Of a stretch of 64,000 nt of DNA, positions 1 to 11,048 are shown piece after piece. The stretch spans positions 62,001-126,000 of IMG/VR virus record IMGVR_UViG_3300022698_000267. The stretch is one strand, 5' to 3'. How positions within the stretch are numbered: position 1 is the first letter of the stretch; the number at the start of each line of letters is the position of its first letter. Below the pieces are notes generated by a model. That model saw only the letters and a list, made by a program, of their open reading frames with translations. It ran no database searches and was not told the origin of the DNA. The position numbers and the translations under genes were made by a program.

Positions 1-19
1 CCACATTCCTGAGAAGGAG

Positions 20-1555
20 ATGAAGGACTTTGGAAAGAAAGTTATCTCCCTTATGAATTTGGCCGGTGTGAACACAGGTAGAGCAACTCATTACAATACC
101 AAAGAGGAGAAGGAAGAGATGGAAAAGAAAGTCCATCATGAGATCTTCTCAAAGGACCGTGGGGTCTATGCGGCTGTTCATTGTATGCCAGGGGTAACGG
201 ACTATTCCATACAACGAGCCACAATGGCAATGCTTGGAAATACATGGGAACAGCATAACAAGTCTGCCCTGACTCAGGACGTTGAAACCTTTATATTGAA
301 GAAATTGGTTGCTAATCTTCCTGCAAACAGGATGTTAAATTTGTTTTCCGATATTCGAGAAAATCGAATTAACAACTCAAGGGCGAAGAAAAGGATTATC
401 CTTGAGACCCTGTTGAATGCTAAAGGCATTGATTGGTGGGCTGTTAAATACAGAAACAAAATGCGGAAAGCCCTTGAACATGCCTTGGGAAAGAGAAGAA
501 CCGGAATTTTGAAATCAATTCTTTCTCAGGACAGGATGACTGCCGATGGATTCGCAATCGTCAAGGACTTCATTTTGCAGTATGTAGATTTAGCGGAAAG
601 ACATGTTCTGGTTTTGGACAGTCTACGGTTTATTCTGGGATGTCCAATCGGCGAATCGGAATCAAAACTTTTCAAAGCGTTTAATGACGCCAAGAAAGAT
701 CTCAAAAAAGGTAAGGGTCTTCCAATGGAGGTTTTGGAAGGAATCAGATCAACTTACCATAAAGAGGTTCCTCAGGAAGCTATTCTTGAGCTGACTAAAA
801 AGACCATGACGAATAAGCAGAAACGTCAGGTTCAGAAGAAAGCTCAGAAAGCTGGTGTAGAGGTTAAGTTTGATCCAATGAAGTCCAATACCGTCGACCT
901 TTACATTTATGCTTTTGAAATGGGAATGACTGATGCTGTTGCCAAAGCCTTAAAAGTGAAGGCGGAAAAGATTGCAGCAAGTTTTCCATATTCATTCAAA
1001 CGACTTGGAATTTTGGTGGACGATTCACATAGCATGTCTGGTCATGACACTCAAAAGTTACGACCAATGGCTATCACATTTGCTATCAGAGATGTTCTGA
1101 GAAAAACTGCTGATAAATGTGATATTGAATATGCAACCGGAACCAAACTGAATTTCCATAAGCCAAGGGGAGGAACAGACCTTGCTACTGGTTTGGTTAA
1201 CTTGGCCATGAAAGATCCAGACGCCATTTTTATAATCTCCGATGGTTATGAAAATCAGCCAAGTGGAAGGGTTAATGAAATCCTTATGGCGTTTGAGCGT
1301 GTTGGTTTTAAAAGACCAATTTACCAGATTAACCCTGTGGTTGCATCTGAGACCGGAAAGGGTTTGCGTTCATTAAGTGAATCGATGATTGTAATACCTG
1401 CTTCCAAACCAGAGTCTTTGGTTTCCAATATGTTAATTCCAATGTTGGAAACGGATCCAGTTCGAGCACTTTCCAACATTGTTAACAGTGCCATTAAGTT
1501 GATTGGACAAGGTGATAGAGCTGTGAAAAGATTCTCAGAAGAAGAAATGCTTTAG
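20..1555 (+). CDS. Ro60/TROVE-like helical domain plus C-terminal vWA domain protein
   Basis: C-terminal MIDAS motifs LVDDSHSM, GGTDL, IISDG; basic helical N-terminus with WAVKYR, resembling the conserved KY motif of Ro60/Rsr; SD AAGGAG. Confidence 0.65.
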   Translation: MKDFGKKVISLMNLAGVNTGRATHYNTKEEKEEMEKKVHHEIFSKDRGVYAAVHCMPGVTDYSIQRATMAMLGNTWEQHNKSALTQDVETFILKKLVANLPANRMLNLFSDIRENRINNSRAKKRIILETLLNAKGIDWWAVKYRNKMRKALEHALGKRRTGILKSILSQDRMTADGFAIVKDFILQYVDLAERHVLVLDSLRFILGCPIGESESKLFKAFNDAKKDLKKGKGLPMEVLEGIRSTYHKEVPQEAILELTKKTMTNKQKRQVQKKAQKAGVEVKFDPMKSNTVDLYIYAFEMGMTDAVAKALKVKAEKIAASFPYSFKRLGILVDDSHSMSGHDTQKLRPMAITFAIRDVLRKTADKCDIEYATGTKLNFHKPRGGTDLATGLVNLAMKDPDAIFIISDGYENQPSGRVNEILMAFERVGFKRPIYQINPVVASETGKGLRSLSESMIVIPASKPESLVSNMLIPMLETDPVRALSNIVNSAIKLIGQGDRAVKRFSEEEML

Positions 1556-1570
1556 AAAGGAGGAAATGTA

Positions 1571-2581
1571 ATGAACATTCGAGAAATTTTAAAAGGAACG
1601 ACACCAGGAAAAATTCAGCAAGTCGGGTACATGTCTATCATTCCTGTCCTTCGGGAACCAGAGGATGTGAATGAAAATGTATGTGATCCAACCAAGATTC
1701 TTATCGGTACCAGAAATTATGGTGAAATGGATATGGAAAATCCAACCGATAAAATTGGAATTGTTCCTTTCGGTACTGGAGTATTGACCAAACAGAGAGC
1801 ACAGAATCATGCCACCCCAAAAGCCAAGATTCTGAGATCCAAGGCTTTGGAGAGCATAGACTACGGTGCTTGCATTCAGGAAACTCAAGGTGGATTAATT
1901 TCTAGGGGAGAACATGAATTTACTATTCTTCCTTGGTCTTTGAGAGAAGCCGGAATTCTAACACGTAACAAGAAGGAGTATTCAAAACTTTGGGCGCCAA
2001 TTCGAGAATTCAATAATTCTTTGGGTGTCCGGATAACCGGACACTTGGAAGTTTATTTAGATCATTTTAAGGACGACCTGGATAGTTTTGTTGCGCAGTT
2101 TGAAGTGGTTCCAAATCAAGTCGGTGCCATTATCTTAATGAATGGCTATGTGATGGGGATCGAACTTACCCCAAATTACAGTTACTTCCGGTCCATTTGG
2201 AAACCTTTGATTCGAGAATCTTATGGTTCATTAGTGCTTCAGTACCAGAAACAATTTGGAGAGGATGCTCCTATTCCAAGAACCCGAGTTGCTTTGCAAA
2301 CCAATGTGAAAGACATGAAATCATTGCAAAAGGAATTAGTTCGGACTCAAGAAGCTGAAGATGAAAAGGTTAAAGACGTCATTCGGAAGTTCGTGAATGA
2401 TAAATTTACCTGTACATCGGAAGAGATTGCAGATGGTTACAAAGTTCAGACTGTAACTAATAAGCAATTTATTGGACAGGTGGTAACCAAGGATTCAGAT
2501 GTTCAATATGCTTCTTTGGTAACTTCTGCTAGGGGAATTCGTGAGCAACAGAAGTTCGAAAAGGATGACTTTGTAATCTAA
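1571..2581 (+). CDS. ARPP-like (DUF6569-type) protein, partner of the upstream vWA gene
   Basis: MSIIPV, AQNHA, ACIQETQG, QVGAIILMNG..GIE and W..LIRESYG pattern recalled for the ARPP family; SD AAGGAGG; directly downstream of the vWA gene. Confidence 0.55.
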   Translation: MNIREILKGTTPGKIQQVGYMSIIPVLREPEDVNENVCDPTKILIGTRNYGEMDMENPTDKIGIVPFGTGVLTKQRAQNHATPKAKILRSKALESIDYGACIQETQGGLISRGEHEFTILPWSLREAGILTRNKKEYSKLWAPIREFNNSLGVRITGHLEVYLDHFKDDLDSFVAQFEVVPNQVGAIILMNGYVMGIELTPNYSYFRSIWKPLIRESYGSLVLQYQKQFGEDAPIPRTRVALQTNVKDMKSLQKELVRTQEAEDEKVKDVIRKFVNDKFTCTSEEIADGYKVQTVTNKQFIGQVVTKDSDVQYASLVTSARGIREQQKFEKDDFVI

Positions 2582-2604
2582 ATAACAGCGTAATTTAATA
2601 GAAT

Positions 2605-2643
2605 AAAACCTCTCATTAATACAATTTTAATGAGAGGTTTTTT
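2605..2643 (+). terminator. Intrinsic terminator
   Basis: AAAACCTCTCATTAA / TTAATGAGAGGTTTT inverted repeat followed by T run. Confidence 0.8.
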
Positions 2644-2683
2644 GTTAATTCTCCAAATCTAAAACATTGAATGAAGGGAGGAT

Positions 2684-2956
2684 TTGATTATGAAAAATAT
2701 TTTGAGTATTAAAGTAATCATAAATACCTTGATAGCCGTTTTACTAGGCGGTCTTTTGGGTTGGGGAATTTGGGCTACAGATTCTGCTTATTGTGCAAAT
2801 CAGAATAAAGAGAGGATTCAAGAAAACAAAGAACATATAGAAAGATTACAAGATAGCATCAGTTCCGATCTAAAAGAAATGAAGAAAACACAAAAGCAAG
2901 ATACCGATAGAATAATGGATAAGTTAATGCAGATTCAAAGGGAAATGAAAAAGTAA
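2684..2956 (+). CDS. Small membrane protein (N-terminal TM plus coiled coil)
   Basis: Hydrophobic LIAVLLGGLLGWGIWA then charged heptads; SD GGGAGG. Confidence 0.6.
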   Translation: MIMKNILSIKVIINTLIAVLLGGLLGWGIWATDSAYCANQNKERIQENKEHIERLQDSISSDLKEMKKTQKQDTDRIMDKLMQIQREMKK

Positions 2957-2962
2957 TTTTAG

Positions 2963-3115
2963 ATGGATCAAGATATTAAAGATTTAGTAGTTTCTCCGGC
3001 TGTATCCATTATGATGACTATTGCTATCCCGTTCAGTTTCCTTATGGCGGTTGGCTGGACTTTATGGGAAAAATGGAAGAAACTAGAACCTTTTTTTATG
3101 AGGTTTGTGAGGTAA
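2963..3115 (+). CDS. 50-aa membrane peptide (not in ORF track)
   Basis: MDQDIKDLVVSPAVSIMMTIAIPFSFLMAVGWTLWEKWKKLEPFFMRFVR; fills the gap between neighbours. Confidence 0.5.
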   Translation: MDQDIKDLVVSPAVSIMMTIAIPFSFLMAVGWTLWEKWKKLEPFFMRFVR

Positions 3116-3120
3116 ATATT

Positions 3121-3822
3121 ATGTCTAAATTTAAATTTTCGTTGATTCTAATTGTTTTACTTTTCCCTTTGACTGTTTATTGCACTGAACCAACTTCTCA
3201 GAATTATATGACCAGAACAGAAGTCAAGGATTTGATCAAAGACTACAACACAATCACATGGAAGCAGTACGTTGATGCAAGATTTAAAGAACTGCAAGAT
3301 GAAATAAAACTTAGGTCAGACTCTATAACCAAGTCCACTGAATTGGTTAAAGAAGGAATGGACATTCGATTCTATGCCGTCAAGGAAGCAACTGATAATG
3401 CAAGAGTGGCTATGGAAAAACGTTTGGATGGAATGAATGAATTCAGATCCGCACTTAAAGATCAGGCGGTTCAATTTGTAAACAAAGATGAGTATGCTGC
3501 AAGGGGAACGCAGTACGGAGCAGATATAGCCCGACTCAGGGATCAGATTTCAGGTACAGTTACACAAACAACATTCAAAGCAACTCTGGCACAGAGGGAT
3601 GAAATTAATAAACGGAACACGGACGACATTAAAAGCCTGTTGTTGTCCAGAGCAGAACTTGAAGGGAAAGCAACTCAAACTCAGGCGTTGATCGCTATGG
3701 CAATGGGTTTGGTTGGAACATTACTATCCGGAATCAGCATATTTGTTTCAATAGTTAGACGTTCTCGCAATAATAATCAGTACAGGGCTACAGACAGTAT
3801 AGATAAACAGCGATCTGCATAA
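3121..3822 (+). CDS. Coiled-coil protein with N-terminal signal/TM and C-terminal TM
   Basis: Start moved to ATG 3121 (SD GAGGT); FSLILIVLLFPL and ALIAMAMGLVGTLLSGISIFVSIV hydrophobic segments. Confidence 0.6.
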   Translation: MSKFKFSLILIVLLFPLTVYCTEPTSQNYMTRTEVKDLIKDYNTITWKQYVDARFKELQDEIKLRSDSITKSTELVKEGMDIRFYAVKEATDNARVAMEKRLDGMNEFRSALKDQAVQFVNKDEYAARGTQYGADIARLRDQISGTVTQTTFKATLAQRDEINKRNTDDIKSLLLSRAELEGKATQTQALIAMAMGLVGTLLSGISIFVSIVRRSRNNNQYRATDSIDKQRSA

Positions 3823-3909
3823 TCGATAGAAGATGTATTAGCAATCCTTCCAAATATAACTCTACTATATTTCATTACAATCTACTAAAATTAGTACTAG
3901 AGGTGACTT

Positions 3910-4623
3910 ATGATCTACGTTTGTGGTGACGTTCACGAATTTAAAGACAAAGATAAACTGTCTTCCAAAAATTGGCCTGAAGGAAAACTTCTTTCCAAAG
4001 ATGATTATTTAATAGTTCTTGGAGACATGGGACTAATCTGGGATGCTATATCCTCCCCAAGAGAAAAAAGATTAATTGAATGGTATAATCAAAAATCATG
4101 GACCACTTTATTCATAGATGGTAACCATGAAAACTTTGATCGTCTATTCTCAGATGAGTTTGGCAATGTACCAAAATTTGGATCGACTGTCAAACAAATA
4201 TCCGATTCTATATACTATTTAAAAAGAGGAAATGTATACAAAATAGATAATCGAAAGGTCTTTACCTTTGGAGGTGGGGAATCCATTGATAAAAATAGAA
4301 GATTAACCAGGATTAGTTGGTGGTATCAAGAGATTCCAAATTATCGAGAAATGGATAAAGCTATTGATAAATTGAAAAATTTTGATAATTGTGTCGATTT
4401 TATCCTCACACATGCTTGCTCAAATCTTGCATTTGAGATGTTAATGCAAAGAGCCGACCTAGGATATAAAAGAGATGCTGAAAGGGCATTACGGTCCTTC
4501 TTAGACTGGATAGAAAGGAATGTGCAATTTAAACAATGGCATTTTGGCCATTATCATGATGATTTTAAATTAGATAATAAGCATTTTCTGCATTATGAAA
4601 ATAAACCAATGCGAATTGTTTAA
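3910..4623 (+). CDS. Calcineurin-like metallophosphoesterase
   Basis: GDVH, LGDMG, DGNHE, LTH, FGHYH motifs. Confidence 0.9.
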   Translation: MIYVCGDVHEFKDKDKLSSKNWPEGKLLSKDDYLIVLGDMGLIWDAISSPREKRLIEWYNQKSWTTLFIDGNHENFDRLFSDEFGNVPKFGSTVKQISDSIYYLKRGNVYKIDNRKVFTFGGGESIDKNRRLTRISWWYQEIPNYREMDKAIDKLKNFDNCVDFILTHACSNLAFEMLMQRADLGYKRDAERALRSFLDWIERNVQFKQWHFGHYHDDFKLDNKHFLHYENKPMRIV

Positions 4624-4635
4624 AAAATACTAATA

Positions 4636-6152
4636 ATGTATGAAAGGAATAAGATGGATACAATACCTGAAAAGGGAAAAAGGTACAATATCAAATCTCG
4701 TCCTTGGGACGCAAGCTATCTCGATATTATAGAATCTGAGGAAGGAGATTGGATTTATGATCCTATAAATTCTGAAACAGATTCTGAAACAGAATATGGT
4801 TATGGAAATTGTCCTGATTGTGGATGGTACAAAGAACCACAAGGTTGTAACGTACCAAGAGATAGTCCGGGATGTAATCTAAACAGAACAGAAAGAAAGG
4901 AAGTAAAAAATGAACGACTTCGTTAAAGAAGCTGAAAAGAATTGCGTAAATGTTGCTAAAAATATGTCTGATATGCTCAATGTTATTAAAGCCCTAGAAA
5001 GGTTTGGCAGTAAATTCTTCAGTTATGATAGCATAGAAAAATCCGCTTATCAAAAAGGGGTTAATCTAATAAGGGAAGCTATTTACGCTCGATACATAGA
5101 ATCCATTAGTAATTGTTTTCTATTTGTTGGTGTCGGTGGTGAAGATGCTGCAGCATACTCCAAAGAAAAATTTAAAGAACTGTTTGGAAAAGAAGAAAAT
5201 GCTATTATGCAACTTCTAGACGAACATGGCACTTATCCTTCTTGGTATGAATCTGATAAAGAAGAAAAATTTCGTGAACAAGCAAAGAAGAAATTAGAAG
5301 AAGTGGAAGTTGGAAAAAAGTAAAATGGAACTGAAAGAATTTAAGGCATATTTCAAAAAAAGTCTAGAAGTATTTGAAGAGATATTTCCAGCTGCTACTA
5401 AAAATAAACAACTTGATTTAGCTCTTGATGATTTATTCTTAAAAGTACATACTCCAGTATGTTCCAATTGTGGAATGCTTGTCAGTGAATCTGAAGTTCT
5501 TTGTACAAATTGCGATCCTTATTATTGTGATAGCTGTGGAAAACCTTCAGATTTTCTTAAATGTTCTAAATGTGTCGACAAAATTGTTGAAAGAACAGTT
5601 GCAGATAAAATGAAAGAACATAGAAATATGCAAGCCGATGTGATACATGCAGAAAAGGGTTTATTGGCAGCGCTCAAAAGAAAATATGAGAAGGAGTAAC
5701 TTATGGAAAACACAATTCAATACATTGTATGTAAAAAATGTGGAGAGACCCTAAATCCTGCAGTAAATTATTGTCCCAATTGTGGCCTTTCTGTTCCAAA
5801 GCCTCCAAAGAAGAAATATTCTGGTACTTGTATAGAAGATGGAATTTACGAAGTAACTTTTAGACCTGTTCGTGGTCACTTTAGTACTATGGATGGAGCT
5901 AAAGAAGCTGCTATAAATTCTTGTTGGAATGAAGATGAAGAAATGGCAGAGGGTTTCGAGATTAAAAGAATTCATTCCAATTGTAATATAAAAGTCTTCC
6001 CCTATATCTGCGGAGATTGTTATGATACAGTAGCAAAAAAAGATGAAATTGATGGACATTGCTCTTTTTGTGATGCAATAAACTGGATTGAACGGGATGG
6101 AACAGAGAGTGAAGGAGAAATCCATTACAATTCTAAAAAAGGAAGGTCATAG
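4636..6152 (+). CDS. Four tightly packed hypothetical genes (4636, 4910, 5310, 5703), several with CxxC zinc ribbons
   Basis: Overlapping stop/start junctions; CxxC pairs; 5310..5699 is a paralog of 21724..22029. Confidence 0.6.
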
Positions 6153-6632
6153 ATGTACTTTTTTACGGCAGATGAGCATTATGGACACAAGAACATAATC
6201 AGATTTTGTGACCGCCCATTTTTATCTATCGAAGAAATGGATAGAACCATTATTGATAGAAATAATCAAATGGTTGGCAATAACGATACAGTGGTTCATG
6301 TTGGTGATTTTACATTGAAAAATACATCCATTGCTAAGCGTTACATTTCACAGCTAAATGGAAACCACATTTTTATAAGAGGGAGTCACGATTACTGGTT
6401 GAAAGGGACTCAAAAACTAGTAACCATGTGGGAAAAGAAGATTGAAGGACAGTATATAGTAGCCTGTCATTATGCCATGCGGCATTGGCCCAGATCTTAT
6501 CATGGGAGTTGGCAAGTTCATGGACACGCTCATGGAGGTATGAAGTCTATCGGATTGCAATATGATGTGGGTGTGGATAAAAATAATTTTTATCCAGTAT
6601 CATTTACTAAATTGTGTAGTATACTTGCTTAG
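6153..6632 (+). CDS. Phage metallophosphoesterase
   Basis: TADEHYGH, VGDF, RGSHD, CHY, HGHAHG, DVGVD motifs. Confidence 0.9.
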   Translation: MYFFTADEHYGHKNIIRFCDRPFLSIEEMDRTIIDRNNQMVGNNDTVVHVGDFTLKNTSIAKRYISQLNGNHIFIRGSHDYWLKGTQKLVTMWEKKIEGQYIVACHYAMRHWPRSYHGSWQVHGHAHGGMKSIGLQYDVGVDKNNFYPVSFTKLCSILA

Positions 6633-6820
6633 GAGCGAATCATGCAATGGGTATCAATCAAAGCTGAGTTCACTTACGATAAAGCACAAGAATTAATAAA
6701 ATTCTTGGTGTCTGAAGGTTTCTCAACTGTAGCAAAGGCAAAAGGTAAAGAATGGGAAATCTATGGAATGAAAAATGAGCATTTTCAAATTAATCCTAAT
6801 ACGGCAAATATAGAAAAATT

Positions 6821-7078
6821 GTGAGGAGGATAGTCATGTTAAGAATAATTTTTTCCACTGTTATAGTGGCATTTGTGTTATTGTTTCAAATTTTGTGGTG
6901 GGCTTTTTCAACTTCGTTCACAGCTTCAGTTGCAGTTGCACAAGTTGAAGATGGAATTGTTCAATATTCTTTGGTACAGAAGTTGATTAATACTTCATCT
7001 CCGGCTGCTGTAATTTTGGTAGGAGTTGTCATTCTTGTTTTAATTTGGATTAAACCCTTGATGAAAAAATGGAGGTAG
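6821..7078 (+). CDS. Two-TM membrane protein preceding the SPFH gene
   Basis: Two hydrophobic stretches; adjacent to SPFH gene. Confidence 0.6.
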   Translation: MRRIVMLRIIFSTVIVAFVLLFQILWWAFSTSFTASVAVAQVEDGIVQYSLVQKLINTSSPAAVILVGVVILVLIWIKPLMKKWR

Positions 7079-7084
7079 TAAAAG

Positions 7085-8071
7085 ATGTTGATGTCGATGA
7101 AGAAGTTTATCATTCTGGTATTATTGGTGATGGTGCTTGGTCTTACTGCTTGTGGACCTGCAAAAACAGACAGATTCAAAACAATCAAACCAAATGAGAC
7201 AGCTTTTGTCATTCCAGTTGAAGGAGTAACCAAAGCAGGCCAAAAAGCATTTATGTCCGTTGAATTCCTCAATCAACAAAAGGTCGCTACCAAACGAATT
7301 TATCTGCCCCTTCGTGAAATTAGTACTGGGAGATGGTGGTGGGAGTATGAATGGATTCCTACTGTAGACATCATTACGGTTGATAGATCACCCATTACAC
7401 GAGAATGGACGGGTGATGCAAAAACTGGATCAACAAATAAAAATCAAGCCCTATGGGTTGAATCATCTGATTCAATCGGGTTTGGAGTTGGTGTAAATCT
7501 TACCGCTATGATTCTTGAAGAAGATGCAGCTTTATTTCTTTATAAGTATGCAGGAAAATCACTTTCAGCAATTGTAGATAATAATGTTCGTGGAAGAGTC
7601 AATGCCATTTTAAGTAGAGAATTTGCCAAATATACCCTTGAGGTTGGCAGAGACAAGAAAAATGACATTATCGATAAAGTCGAAAAAGACACAGTGGACT
7701 ACTTCAAGAAGATGGGAGTGACCATTTCCAATGTCGGCCTTTCAGAAGGTCTTGTATATGAAGATAAAGAAATTCAAAACAAGATTAATGAAAATTTTGT
7801 TGCTGAAATGGATATTTCCATTAAGGAGAATCAACGACTTTCACAGGCCAAGACCAATGCTATGAATATTGAGATAGCAGAAGCAGAAGCTGTAGCTGCA
7901 AGTAAATGGGCTGCGGCGGCAGAAGATCGTAAAAAACAAATAGATGTTAAAATTGCACAAATGCTGGCTGAAGCAAAATTGACAATGGCCAAGAAATGGG
8001 ATGGCAAGCTTCCTGCCAATCTAATCCCACAAGACAATCCACTGATTATGGATTTTACAGGAGCCAAATAG
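7085..8071 (+). CDS. SPFH/band-7 domain lipoprotein
   Basis: Lipobox LTAC; GVTISNVG; AEAEA coiled coil; terminal KWDGKLP typical of phage SPFH proteins. Confidence 0.85.
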   Translation: MLMSMKKFIILVLLVMVLGLTACGPAKTDRFKTIKPNETAFVIPVEGVTKAGQKAFMSVEFLNQQKVATKRIYLPLREISTGRWWWEYEWIPTVDIITVDRSPITREWTGDAKTGSTNKNQALWVESSDSIGFGVGVNLTAMILEEDAALFLYKYAGKSLSAIVDNNVRGRVNAILSREFAKYTLEVGRDKKNDIIDKVEKDTVDYFKKMGVTISNVGLSEGLVYEDKEIQNKINENFVAEMDISIKENQRLSQAKTNAMNIEIAEAEAVAASKWAAAAEDRKKQIDVKIAQMLAEAKLTMAKKWDGKLPANLIPQDNPLIMDFTGAK

Positions 8072-8279
8072 AGATGCAAAGATTCCTGGTACCATTATTT
8101 ACTTTTATCTGGTGGAATAGATTGAGCCATGAAAGACAATTATATGATTTTCGGATAAGAGCAAGAGATCATGTGGTTAAAGTAAAAGGATGGAGAACTG
8201 CTCTTATTGATACATTTGGTTCTGGAAGACAAACAGTTTCTTTTTGTTTCTGGTGGTTTAAGTAGTATGGAGGGATACA

Positions 8280-10948
8280 ATGAAAATAGATGAAAGTATG
8301 ATTGCTGATGGTATCAGGGAAAAAATTGCCAGTGATGTCGTCAATTCATTGGATGAAGAGACCAAGGTAAAAATCATTTCAAAATCTGTAGAAGAGCTTA
8401 TTGGTAACTACAAATTCCAAAACGTATTACGAGATGAAATCAATTCGGTAGCCATAAATGATATGCGACAATATTTAAAAAGGGGAGACATTAGAGAGAG
8501 GATCCTCGAAGAAGCAGTAAAGGCTGTCGAATTATATATTCAGACATTACACAAAGGATTACTGCAGGTTTTACTAAAAAGTATTGATGGAAATAAGGGA
8601 TACGATAGACCAGATTTATCTGAAGCAATTAAAAAGATTCTTGGTGATAAATTTTTTGAGGAATAATAGAATGTTGGTGCAAGTCGATTACTACAAAGAT
8701 ACGGGTAAATGGTATTCTGGTGGCAGAGTTGAGATTGATAAAATGCCATGGGAAAGTGGTATAAGAGATGAAATTGAAAAGAATCAAAAAATTCTGTCTT
8801 CTTCTGGACATGATTTTTTCATGGTAGTGTCAGATATTCCAGAATCTGAAAATGATCCAAATTATCGAATGACTTATGCTAGATTGTATCATCCAAAGTA
8901 ACATTAATTGAGGGGAAGGTGGCCTTAAAAGTAGGAATCCTTTAAAGAGTGGCGTTAAATTGAACTGTATGAAAGAAGACAGTTGCCTTTGGTGTAACAA
9001 CACACCCCTCACATTTTAAGGAGAAATAATGGAAAAGATGATCATGTGGCTAGCAGTTGGTGATGAAGGAAAGCATTACTATTGGCCTTCATTATCTGTT
9101 AATAAGATGGATTGCAAAGCAAAGATATACGATGATTTGTATAAACCTTTTGGTGATAAGCCCGATTGGTCAAAAATAGAATTTATAAAGGTTCGGATAT
9201 CACCGGTTGGATGGGAAACCATTACGTATGGAAGTGGAACTCATATAGTGACAAGGAATGATTTTGAAAAGCCTCATTACTATGTGTATGCAGACAAACG
9301 TTATGAAGTATGTAAAGAATTGGAAGCTTGGTTGAATGGTGGACCAGATCCAAGATGGAGATTTAAATTAGTTCGTTGGACGGATGAAAGTGTAAAGGGA
9401 CCGGAAGGAATTCACATTTATACAACTGGACCTTTTATTCTACCACCAGATGATAATGGAGCCTTAAATTGGCAGGTAGATCCAGATAAAAAACAGGAAC
9501 GCATGGCTTTGATTGACAAACTTCTTGAGTGAAGATTTGAAACATATTGAGATTGTAAGATGGAAAAATTATATTACAAAATGTACGAAGATGTTAAAAG
9601 TATTCCTGGTAAATCAGTTGTGATTGAACCAGATCAAATGATTGATGAAATAAATGCTTCTAGGGAATGTGGTTGTGATATGCCTGTTTTTGAACCCGTA
9701 TTCATGACAGAGAGTGAATTTAACGAATTGCCTGAATTTACTGGGTTCTAAAGTTGTAGTAGTTAAGGAGATAGAGAGTGAAGGTTATTAAAACTTCAGG
9801 TCATTGTTACGATGGAATGGGTTGGACAGACTGTGATTTCTGGAAACATGGGGATTCTGAAGAGACTTCCAGTAAATGTACGCTTTTCGGTATAAATGGT
9901 GTGTCAAAGGATGCTAGTAAATCTTTAATACTTTGCGATAGAATCTATGGTTTAGATTATGAAGGAGAAGTGTAGATGGACTTCACCTACAAACAAGCAA
10001 AAGCTCTTCTGGAATTTTTCGGTGGAGATGAAGAAACAGAAGTGACAGTGGTGGAAGTTAAAGAAGGTGAACTAAGTCATTCTGGTCCTGGATTATATGT
10101 TTATTATACTGAGTATCCAGAAGATGGTTCATTTCTTTTACTAGATGGGGTTTAGGTTCCAATGTTTAAATGGAAGAAAAGTGATTTGAAATTGCCCCAT
10201 ATAAAAAACCCATTAACTTGAGCTCGCCGAGAGTTCCTCCACCGCCTCCAAAACGAATAATTCAAGAAGATATTAAATTTGGAAGGAGAAAAGCAATGTC
10301 TTTAGATTGGATTTCAATAGATGATTATCTTCCAGGTTATAAAGTAATGGAGGCTTTGGTTAGATTAGAAAACGGTGAACATAAACTTTGGAAAAGAATA
10401 GAAAAGCAATCCTTAACTGGAGAATGGGTAGTGAAAGATGGAAATGGAATGAATACAATTTCTACAGCAAAGAAATGGATTAGATTAAAGTGAAAAAGGA
10501 AATGGTAAAAAGGATAGTTCAATTGCTTCCAGATTGGATAAAAGATCCTCAACCTGGTCTCGATCCAACAATGTATGGAACAGGAACTTATGAAGGAGAT
10601 TTGGAAGAACACAAGAAAATTTTCAATTTTTTAAGAGAACAGGATTCTAAATTAAATCTTAAAAACATCAAATAAAGTAATTTCAATTTGAGGAATAAAA
10701 TGGGTAGAGGAAAAATCAGAATCTCAGAATCACTTTATAATTCCAGTTTATTTGATAAAAAAGAAATCTTTCGACAGATAGGATTCCTTGAAGAGTCTAT
10801 GGATTTTGAGGAAGGGGTGTATATTTTCACAGGTCAATCTATCCAATTTCTTGATTTAGAAGAAGAACAAGAACTACCCACCTATTTAATTCTTGGCAGA
10901 AAACTTTCTGATGGAGAGATTCGATATTCTGTCAAGTCAATTCTTTAA
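8280..10948 (+). CDS. Run of small hypothetical phage genes, including an unlisted 59-aa ORF at 9976..10155
   Basis: Consecutive + ORFs with GGAG-type SD; no recognisable motifs. Confidence 0.55.
8909..9011 (+). ncRNA. Possible structured (tRNA-like) ncRNA
   Basis: Intergenic; TGAGGGG/CCCCTCA closing stem, GGC/GCC plus AACTGT/ACAGTT hairpin, GTAACA loop before the 3' strand. Confidence 0.35.
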
Positions 10949-11048
10949 AATTCAAAAAATTATTGAAGTTTTTTAATTTTTAATACTAAAATAACTTTAG
11001 ATGTTACTTTGTTATTTGTTTTAAAACCTTGAACTAGGAGAAGCAAAA

